64,000 nucleotides of DNA from Octopus sinensis (taxonomy: Eukaryota). Position 1 is the first letter of the stretch; every line of letters begins with the position of its first letter. Below are positions 53,381 to 64,000 of this stretch, in pieces. The stretch lies in NCBI RefSeq assembly GCF_006345805.1, contig NC_042998.1:148242001-148306000 (forward strand). The letters are read 5' to 3'. The notes under the pieces are model-generated. The model worked only from the letters and a program-made list of their open reading frames with translations, was not told the origin of the DNA and searched no databases. A program made the translations under genes and the position numbers.

Positions 53381-55546
53381 CTTATATACACATACATAAA
53401 GATATGGTGTTTCTTTGTACTTCTTAGTATTCATGAATTCATGAGCAAAGGGTTAGGGTGAGAGTTGCATGAATCAATTGGACGCCGACCAACCACCCAA
53501 CCAACCAACCTACCAACCTACCATCCAGCCGGCCTTCTAGCCGGCCTTTATTCAGCCATCCAACTATTCATCCTTCCAGCTAGTCATCCAGTCATCCAGT
53601 CAAAGCACCACATTTCGTATCCAGTCACGGGTACTGTGCTGTATCCATGGAAAATGAACACTAAACTCTAGAGGGCCAAGCCCAGTCAACTATAAATAGC
53701 GATAAATCGCTCTAATTATCTAAGACTGTGTAATTAACTGTATTTTGTTTTTTTTTGTTTTGAAGTGTGTTCAGCTCTGATGTTGTCAGCTCTGGTGGAA
53801 ATATGTATAATTATCCTACTTTGGTGTCTACTTCTATTACCCCTCCCCTATTTTACAACCGAGAGATATCTTGTAATGCTGAAGTATAGATTATTTTTCT
53901 TTGTAAGAAAAATAATCTATATTTTCGCGTTGCCTTGATTTCCCTCAAAACCGTTGCCTTCTTGCGTCCATCTAGTGACGAGGTGTTATTGCCTCTGAGA
54001 ACCCAACAAACTCTATAATATAAAGAGAATGGAGGGAAACAAAAGAAATTTCCGTGGGGCCCTTCACAAGTTCATTTCCTTCTGATATGTTTCGCATGGC
54101 CTGGTATCTCATTGGACACTTCATTAAGAGATATTTTGTTTGATGGCTTGAGTTGAAGAAGTTGTCCATTCTGTTTTTGGATATCCGACATTGATGATTA
54201 TAGCAGTAATGAAAATGTCGGGCTCAGAGCTTTTGGACAGCTGTAATCTTCTTATAAGAGTGGTGGCAGTTTAGTAGAGAATTTTATAGAAGCCAAAGTA
54301 GTTATTGATGTTGTAGCTGTGTAATTGATGTTTGTGAGTATTTGTCGTGTTTCTATAAGTATTCTTATTGTGTGAATTGTCGGAATGGTGATACCGAAAC
54401 CGTTATGTTAATATTCGCATGAATCTCCCATTGCTTATTGCCAAATAGTTAAAGGCTTGTCTTTTCAGCCATTTAAATGTAAGTATTAAACTCCTCGGAT
54501 TAAAACTACAATAAAATTAAGGAAGAACCAACAACGAAACAAAGATTCACCGACTTTCGACGTCAAAGTAGAATTTGGCAAAGATTCCAATTCCCTCGAA
54601 GGTCGATTCATCTGTTTTCAGTTGGAATCCTATGGGAGTCTCAAAGTCAATAAGAGTTTTTAGAAGAATATCATCAACACCAGTGAGTGATACAGAGTTG
54701 AGGGAAAGCTCCAGGCAATAGAAACCATGGTATTGTTTCAGTTCCAGAAGAAACCAATTCTATTCTCTCAGTCTTTAAAAGTTTTGGCAAAGCATGAATG
54801 CTAACAAGTCCCATTTTTTTGCCTCTTAATATACTAGGTATTTTTTTTACCTCTAGCCAAAAAGAAACAACACGAATTGTATTATTTGAGATAAGTTCGA
54901 GCTATCGAACCGGTTTCGATTCCTGACTCAAGAAACGCCTTTTAGAAATGCATAAAGATTACGCACTCACATTTTCGTTAAAGTGTCGAGGTTTTTGTTT
55001 CATTGTTTTACAGCGAGGAGTGCGGTTTTACAGAAAGATATGCAATTAAAATAACCTGGGCTGTAAAAAAAAAAATCAACAACAAAAAACAAATATGACA
55101 TGAAACCACGAGTCGGACTAAACGCTGCCGCTGGTTGTACATTAGAAACCTTTGCTTTATATGACATATTTTGACAATATATTCTATTCACGACTCTTTC
55201 CATCTATTTATCGTTCAGATATTCCTTCAATAAGTAACCAGAGAAAGCTGAAACTAGATACCAGCCTCATTCAGCTAACACATTCCGGTTTTCCATTATT
55301 CGCCAACGTACGAAGGCCTATCAAAGAGAAGCTCAATTCTTCTCTATTACTAAACAGTGCCAAATCGTATATTTGTCTTTATTTGTGATAGTGTCATAAA
55401 CGACGAATCAATATTTTATACATATGTATGTATAGGAATGCAACAATTACTTTACATGTATGCATGTACGTGCATACACACACACACACATATATATGCA
55501 TATATATATATATATATGCACAAACACACACACACATACACACACA

Positions 55547-55634
<88 letters not shown>

Positions 55635-55829
55635 CGTTACGCTAAGAAGCAGTGCACGGTACTAGAATTTTCGCTGCTATATTGTCAGATATAACAAACT
55701 ACTCACTTCCCAATATCTTATTTTACATATCTTTCTCTTCTTTTCCTCCTTTCTCTCCCCCTCTCTTCTTCACCCCCTTTGTATGCATATCTATCATCGT
55801 AATTTAGTAGCCGACTCACCGAATTTCTT

Positions 55830-57360
55830 CATATATTGAAATGTCTGATTCAACGCAGACTAGCACTAGAAAGCCAGCCATTGGAAGATAATCAACCCAC
55901 TTCCATTGATAGTCAGGAAGAACGTACAATTAAAACTAACCATTTAGTTGAAATCCATACTTTTATTGTACATATAGAAGAACACAAAAAACTTGTGAAC
56001 GTCTTACAAGTGATCTGGGATGATGTTTCAACAGTTCCACAATTTTAATTTCAACTAAAGGCCATACAACACCAATATAAGCAAAGGAGCCAGTAAATTG
56101 GAAATAGAGGTAGCAAGCGAAATAGCAAATAAATATCTGAAGACTACGCAATCGAAACGTATGAAAACAACCAATGAAACAATTAACTTTTTATTATATG
56201 TCTCAGCTATTACATTACTGGCGTATTTCAAAGAGTAGAAGCCTCGCAACCAAGATTCGAGCAGATTACCTGAACCAGTATGGGCACGTAATTTAAAAAG
56301 TAAAATTTTGTTTCTACGAAAAAGTATCCCATAGATCGTTGTTCTTATAAAATGTAACAGAGTACAACTTCACATGACATCAGTAAGAACTCAGAACAAA
56401 ACTAGAGAGACAATTTGGTGATTCAGGATTCAAAAACTTAAACTCCAAACTGCAGCAGCTGAAATAATAACTCATAGCTACAGTTGAAAAACTGAAATTT
56501 ATAACATATAAATGGCAAATACTCAATAAATTATTTGCCAGAGATCTCAAGTCAGTTTATCGTAGCTTCAGTGCGAAAAGGCTCAGTCTCAGTAAATGAC
56601 AGTCCCACTGATCAGATTGAGGGCTACTAAAGATCTGTATGGGAAACAGATCATGAGTTCAACAAACAAGCTGTATGGATAAAAGAACTGGAGTAGGACT
56701 ATTGCTTACAGAAACTGTCAAACATGAAATCCCCAGGTCCAGACTTTATAACAGGTTACTGGCTGAAGAATTCCATCTTCTATCGGCGAGATCTCATACA
56801 GTTGTATGGAGAAAGTATCAAGGGCACACAAAAACTGCCTCAATGGTTATCAACTGCATCTAATCTCCCCATCCCCCCAAAATAGCCAAACCACCCTTAC
56901 TAAAAATTACCGCCTTCCAGAACATCATGTACAAATTATATACTGGATGCTTCAATCTCTTCTTTCAGGATCATTGTACCATTCACATTATAACGCCTGA
57001 ACAACTTGGAGAAAAGGCGGTATGCGGCAGTATACAGTAGCTACTAATTAACAAGATGATTCAGGAAAAAATAGTAAAAATCGCAGGAAGTTAACCGTAG
57101 TGTGACTGGACAACCAGAAGGCTTTTGATAGTATACAATAGGTATACTATCAAGATTTTACAGTTAGACAAATCTCATAGCCCCTTGTGAATGTTATTGA
57201 ACGCCTGACCATGACCTGGTACACCAAATTGAGTCGGATAGCATTCACTACCAAAAAGGCTTCTTTCTGGGTGACAGCCTGACAGTGTTACTCTTCATCC
57301 TCTCATTAAACCAACCATTATACCTGCTCACAAAACATAGGTTTTAAGTTCCACCAATAT
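55830..57360 (+). mobile_element. Heavily decayed R4/Dong-type ORF, N-terminal region to RT domain 4
   Basis: Remnant motifs WETDHEFNKQAVWIKELE, NMKSPGPDFITGYWLK, LINKMIQE, and a decayed F(Q)GDSL-type segment. Confidence 0.65.
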
Positions 57361-57379
57361 TCTTTTAGTCAACTTCGTC

Positions 57380-59030
57380 TGTAGATTTTTTTTGTTATCC
57401 CGTTCCAGACCGTGATGGGAAGATATTTGGAAGACATTCTCTAGCAATTGGCACTAATGCTTGGTCTTGTACAGCCTGGATTTGTTGCCTGTCCGCGTTT
57501 TCTAATTTTTATGCTGTAGGTACTTGGTGGGGATCTCTTGTTTTTGAATTGCATGGAGGTAGCCTTCAAACTGAGATGTTATAAATTTGTCGGTACTCCA
57601 CGCCAAGCTCTTGACATGGTCAATCCCTTCTATGGTTTTTGTTTTCGCGTCAAGTACCCATGTATTATCTTCTCAGTGAACTGGTCCATTTTTTAAAATG
57701 TTGTTCTTCTGATAAGTAGATTTTACCAATGCTCCTCGAGGAGAGATCTGTATCAGATCTTATTTTATACATGTCCACAAGTTCATTAGCTATCCTAATT
57801 ATGTTGTTGATTTCATAGTCGCAAACGTGAACAAGGCAGTTACTAGTCTCTTTCCTCTGCTGTAGATATTGTTTCAGTGTCATAATACGTGTTTCATACG
57901 ACATCAATACATATTTGAGACTATAGCTACCATTGTTACATGGAAAATATAGCTTATCTATATCTCCATTGATGTTGAAATTTCCTATAACACTGAGCAA
58001 CTTGCGAGTTCGAACGTCTATCTCATTGAGTTCTTGTTGTGACCGTTCAGCAGGCCAAACGCAGGCGTGAGGACAAGCACTGCAAAGGTGTAGACAATAT
58101 GCTTGTTGTAAGTTGAGAGTTCTGATGACCATTATTTTTATTCTCCTGAGATATTTACTCCTTAGTTATTGGTTCATCATACATTCTCATTTTGTCCAAG
58201 ATACCTATAATTGTCACCTGAAGATGTATTGTTAATTTGTTCATTCTTAGGTGTTCAGAGAAAGCACAACTTTTCCACGTTTTATTATTAAAAATACACG
58301 CACACACACACACACACGCGCGCGCGAGCATGACGCATGCACGCTCGCACGCAGGCACGTACGCACGCACGCACATGAGGGGTTTTGCACAGTTTCTGTC
58401 TACCAAATTCCGCTTAGAAGAGAAGACAATTGATGAAAGTGTTATATAGCAAGATTAAGCCCCGAACCACATAGTTGCGAATAGAAAATTCTTTACGCAC
58501 CCTCACACAGGCAGTTATATACAGTCGATATACTTAAACCGATGCAGTACAGTCTTAGTTCACTGAAGCTGGATATTTATTCGTTTCTTTACCTTTATGT
58601 CCATGAGAATGTACCAAGCTGGGAGAATGTATTACATGTCCATCACCTTCCGAAAATATGGAATATTGATCATTTGTTACCTCATGGGACATCAAGATGT
58701 TTCAGTGATACCCAATGCAGCTTTGAACTAAAGTTGGTTACTTGCTAAGCCACACTATATAGAGAAATATAGCAATTGACTGATATATAAGTCGGCCAGG
58801 ATTAGACAAAAGAATGATATAGTCACTTTATATATCATCGAGAAATAATAGATGAGTCAGGAAGTTAAAATAACGTTCATTTTTCTGTATGCCGTACAAG
58901 GGAAATATAAGAAGTAGGAAGCTTAAACAAGTGCTATGAACGTCATAGAAGAGTGGGAACACATTGAAAGAAATAGGCGGCTGTATTCTTACCAACCCGC
59001 TTGAAACCATTCTTGCTTCTGTCATGCAAA
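57380..59030 (-). mobile_element. Decayed R4/Dong-type RT domain 5 to thumb/C-terminal region
   Basis: THLLFLDD at ~58830-58860; ELNEIDVRTRKLL..GNFNINGDIDKLY..YETRIMTLKQYL in ORF 57665-58132; SINE piece near 58370-58500. Confidence 0.65.
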
Positions 59031-59809
59031 TCCCGTTTCAAAGTGATCTAAATCAAAATTTGCTTTCAAAATTTTATGTAAATTTATGTTCGAGCACCAG
59101 TTAAGTAATAACAAAGTTATTTTATTAAATTCTTATCATTTTCAAAATGAATTGAAACAAATGCCCCGTATTTCAACAGTAGTACGGTAACAAAAGAGAT
59201 AAATTTCATTCGAACATTGTCATTTTTGCTATAACCTCCATGTTTGAACACAATATAGTTCATAAAAAATATATAATCGCAGAGTATGCAGCCGGCATTC
59301 GGTGTTATGACTTTATGTGAATGAAATAATCAGGAAGAGCCTTGTTATGTTTACTAGAATACATTTCTTATTTTTTATTAGTTACTTTCATTAGACGACG
59401 GCCATGCTCGGGCACTGCCTTGAAGGTTTTAGTCGAGCAAATCGCTTCCATTTCTTATTTCCAAAGTTTGATACTTATTCTATCGGCTATCTTTGGCCGA
59501 ATTGCTAATTTATGGAGACGTAAACAAACCAACAGCGGCTGTCAAGTTGTGGGGAGAACAAAGAGGAACACACACACTCATCTCATTAGCTGTCGATGTG
59601 AGTATGTGGCCGTGTGCACAAAACACCTTTCTATACACTGCTAACTGAATGCTTGCCTATGAGTCTAATTCTGTTTGTATCTCTGGATTCAGAAACTTTT
59701 TGAAGTGATTCACCAGCATTGTTACGTTAACTCACACACGTACAAATTCATACGCACGCGCATATACATGCGTATATATGCATGTATATTCATATACATG
59801 CATTTATGT

Positions 59810-60300
<491 letters not shown>

Positions 60301-60724
60301 ATAGTATTTATCTATGTACATGTATATTTATCTATACGTATGAATGTACGTGTATATGCATGTATGGTACACGTGAGTGTGTGTGCTTGTGTGTCTGTGT
60401 ATGTAGTAGTGAGATATGAAGTGGGTGAGCAACGGCAAGATCAGCCGAGAGGTGTTTAGGAGGCAATGAACCGTGAACTATGACGAATTTGTTATTTGGC
60501 CCAAATATCGATAAAAGTTTATCTTCAGAAGCGTGCTTAAAATCGAAGCAGGGACAGTTCGTGTCTTGGGGCAAAGGTCAAATAAAGGGAGATAAGTGAA
60601 GAGGTAACAGCGAAATATCTTTCAGCTTCGCGAGTTAGACGACGATGACGACTATGATGACACCGAGGGCAATCTTAAAATGATGGCGGCCGTGTAGACG
60701 ACATCGATGTGAATAATGATGATA

Positions 60725-60764
<40 letters not shown>

Positions 60765-62534
60765 CGATGGGGATGCTGCTATTGCTGCTGATGTTGATGA
60801 TGATAAAGAATGAGCGCACTACGACGACGACGATGATGATGGTGGTGGTGGCGGTGGTGGTGGTGGTGGTTGTAGTGGTTGTAATAATCCCCACCCTCGT
60901 GATTATGGCGGGAATTCTCTCGTAACTGAGGAAATGATCATGTGATTGTTGCTGTCGTTTAATTCTAGGTCAGTCCTGATCGAGCATACTGATGAGAAAA
61001 GACGTTCAGCCATGGCCGTCTCATCGATTAACTGCTTTTAGAACTACACTATATTACGTGCCATTTATTTTTTGAAAGACAGAAAATAGTAATTTGAGGG
61101 GGAAATTAGCTGCTATTTCTAGTAAGTCGATCGAGTGCGTACTTATTCTCGCGTTGTTTCGTGAGTTATAGATACTCTGTTCGTCTTGAGTTTAACAAGA
61201 AATAAGCTATTTTATATTGTAGGAAGCCTTCAATGATAAAAAACTGCTGAAACTACGGAAACAAATCATTCATAAATGATATGGTACTTTATAGTATCTT
61301 AGCATACCTTATAATATCTTATGGTACCTCATGGTACTTCATGGTACTACGCCGCTACAAATTGTTGAAGTGAAGCATTATAGAATGAAGTCTGGTGGTC
61401 GGATATAACTTAATCTTTCCAACGAATTTGAAAGTCTGACTCATAAGAAGTTTGTCAGTCCGCTTCTTTATCCACTCGGCTTTCGCACACCAACAAAACA
61501 CTAACGTAGTAGTATCATGCTTCAATCTGTTACTGGCTAAGAAAGAAGAAATTCAACGGATTTCTGTCGAGTTTCACGACGAGCCTTCAGTTGTTCAAAC
61601 TTCTGAATTAGCTGTTCATTCATTTTATGTGAAGTGGCTGGGGAGATCCGAAAGTGTAGTAAAAAAGAAAGAAAAAATCCCCAAGATGCTACACAGTAGG
61701 ATCGAACTCGGGATTTCTTGGTCACGAATTATGTTTCTTAACCATTCAGCCATACTGCATCAATATTATCAACTGTACCAACACGATAGCCCACGTGCTA
61801 ATGCGGACAGTCACCATACAGTCACCCGTTTGCTTCAAATAAGTGCTAAATCTCACCCAAATAACACCTTAAAACCTTCATAAAGGAAGTCACATCGTGT
61901 ACAGTAGTCCTAGATACAGGATATCTGGATATAAGGAGGGGAGGTCACGAGAAGATCCTCTTTTGTCGTAGGTAGACTCGATCAGTGTTGATGTGGGACT
62001 AAGCAACAACACAAACAGCAACAACAAGGACAACAGCAGCAGCAACAGCAACAACAATAGCAACAACAACAACAACAACAACAACAAAAAAACAAAACAA
62101 AAAAACAACAACAACAACAACAGTATTATGCGATGTGACCCCTAGCGACATTTTCTAAAATATTCTTAGATATAATGGAATAACGCACCTTGCCTTCAAG
62201 AACCGAGTAGTTGACGAGTACTGGCAGTGCTGAATTTAATTCTCCACTCGGCCAGACAAACATATAAATCTCAGTTGGACATTGAAATCTTCTCATTTAG
62301 AGTTATTTAACCTCGGTTCACACAACAGGAAGACGAACAATACCAGAGGTTGAAATAGCAATGGATTACGTGATCACACTTCTGTCATTGTTGCTGCTGC
62401 TGCTACTACTAATCGATCTCTTCATAACAGAATACAGTGGGTGTATAACTGTAACTGTACAGTGTTTTTATTACTAGATTATCAGGGCATTGTTAATTAC
62501 TGGGTTATTATTATGTATTGGGGCATTATTAAAG

Positions 62535-62850
62535 GCGCATGGCACAGTGTTTAGTGCGTTGGGCTCACAATCAGGAAGTACTGAGTTCGATTCCTGGACC
62601 GGGCTGTGTGTGTTGTGTTCTTGAGCAATACACTTTATTTTTCACGTTTCTCCAATTCACCCAGCCGTAGAAATGATTTGCTGCGTCACTAGTTCCAAGG
62701 TGTATCGGCGTTTGCTTTTCCCTTAGATAACATCGGTGAACTGGAGAGGAGAGGCTGGTATGCATGGGTGACTGCTGGTCTTCCATAAACAACCTTGCCC
62801 AGAATTGTGCCTCGGAGGGGAAATTTTTAGGTGCAATCCCTTGACCGAAG
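62535..62850 (+). mobile_element. tRNA-derived SINE (family C-related head)
   Basis: ggcgcatggcacagtg..gagttcgattcc..gtgttcttgagcaatacactttattt. Confidence 0.7.
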
Positions 62851-62959
62851 GGGTCTTTACCCTTTTTATTAATTACTTGGACATAATTAAGTAGTCTCCA
62901 CTGGCACAGAACGAGGGAGAGAATTAAGAAAAGATAGAAGGAAAGACAGAAGGAAATAA

Positions 62960-63120
62960 TATATCGATCCCATTGTTCAACTGGTACTTATTTTGTCGAA
63001 CTCGAAAGGTGAAAGGCAAAGACAAACTCGGCGGAATTTGAACTTAAAATGTGAAGATGACGAAATGCTGCTAAGCTTTTTACCCGGCATGCTAATGGTT
63101 CTGCCAGCTCGCCGCCTTAA
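62960..63120 (-). mobile_element. SINE family A
   Basis: ctggtacttatttt.tcga..ggcaaag..ctcggcggaatttgaac..ctgccagctcgccgcctt. Confidence 0.8.
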
Positions 63121-63611
63121 GCAGAAGAAAATACTGAAAGAAGGAAGAGAAGTATAATTCCAATTGCCGTCCCACGATGACAAACCTTGTTTTCGTAATT
63201 TAAGAGGGTCCCGCTGATACCCTTCTTTTCTGACAGATACACCATCATTCACATAGGCAGCGTACACTTTTCTCTATGTAGTTGCTTAATCTGTTAGGAG
63301 TAGTAGCCAAATTCCTCTCAAGTTACACACTGATTTTATTAAAAAATGCAGTACGAATCTGAAAAGAAAGAAAAGGACAGGAAGGTTATAGATCGAATGT
63401 TTGATAATAGATCTCTCCAATCATAGCTGATAGGGGTTAAAACTCAACGACAACAGCATTACTTTAACCAACAATTACTGCCACGTTTTCAACTTCCCCC
63501 ACCACTACCATCTCTTCTCCTTTAGCTCCAGTCCATAACTACTTTTATTATAAACACATCATAACTACTACAACTATAACCACAGTATTATTATATAATA
63601 GCACCTACTTA

Positions 63612-64000
63612 TAGGGTGGCCTAAAAGTCACTGAGGAGTTGCAATCTTTGCAAATTCTCTTACTTTTTAAAAATTTTGTTTTTCTTTTCAGGGATTTTAT
63701 GAAGTAGGTCCTGGAAATTTATTATAGAAAATATGGCAACGCATTATGCACCCAAGTAATGAAATTGTTCTATCAAAATCAGGGGTCAATTATTCAAACC
63801 CAGAGAGCACCAAAGAGAATTGAACCCCATAAAGTGTACAAAATGGTGTGCAATTACGTGTGGATGAGATAATCGGGCCTTATTTCTTTGAGGACGATGA
63901 TGGGAAAGCTGTCACTGTGACAGGTGAGCTGTACAGGTCCATGATAGAAAACATTTTGTGCTCGGCCTTTCAAAATAGGTCCGATATGTGGTTCCAGCAA
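63612..64000 (+). mobile_element. Tc1/mariner transposon, internally deleted, continuing past window end
   Basis: TA|TAGGGTGG terminus; WCAITCG/EIIGPYFFEDDDGKAVTVTGELYRSMIE..MWFQQ. Confidence 0.85.

Noticed and set aside
53960-54520. Possible further Penelope-like GIY-YIG/HHR remnant on the minus strand
   Set aside because: Motifs too degraded to support by eye
54622-54682. Possible 61-nt exon (ctgttttcag...CA|gtgagt)
   Set aside because: No recognisable peptide or linked exons; such sites occur by chance in 64 kb

Overview
Eukaryotic, AT-rich, repeat-saturated DNA, probably intergenic or intronic. The microsatellite spectrum and SINE families resemble a coleoid cephalopod (Octopus-like) genome; this is inferred from recalled repeat families, not from a search. 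No host protein-coding gene is confidently supported, and almost all ORFs in the track are microsatellite read-throughs. Recognisable content: two RTE-clade LINE remnants, several R4/Dong-type (RLE) non-LTR fragments, L1/Tx1-like fragments, two Tc1/mariner fragments, Penelope-like (GIY-YIG) remnants, three tRNA-derived SINE families, a Helitron/Helentron-like element and a 50-bp minisatellite. The most notable signal is a set of type I hammerhead ribozyme (HHR) motifs in several unrelated short modules that usually abut (TA)n. One is a 467-nt-period tandem unit with a GUC site and a 12-nt palindromic stem III, resembling a retrozyme or circRNA-producing element. A twin-priming-like inverted RTE with an in-frame RT deletion and a stack of TAA-targeted elements are also notable.
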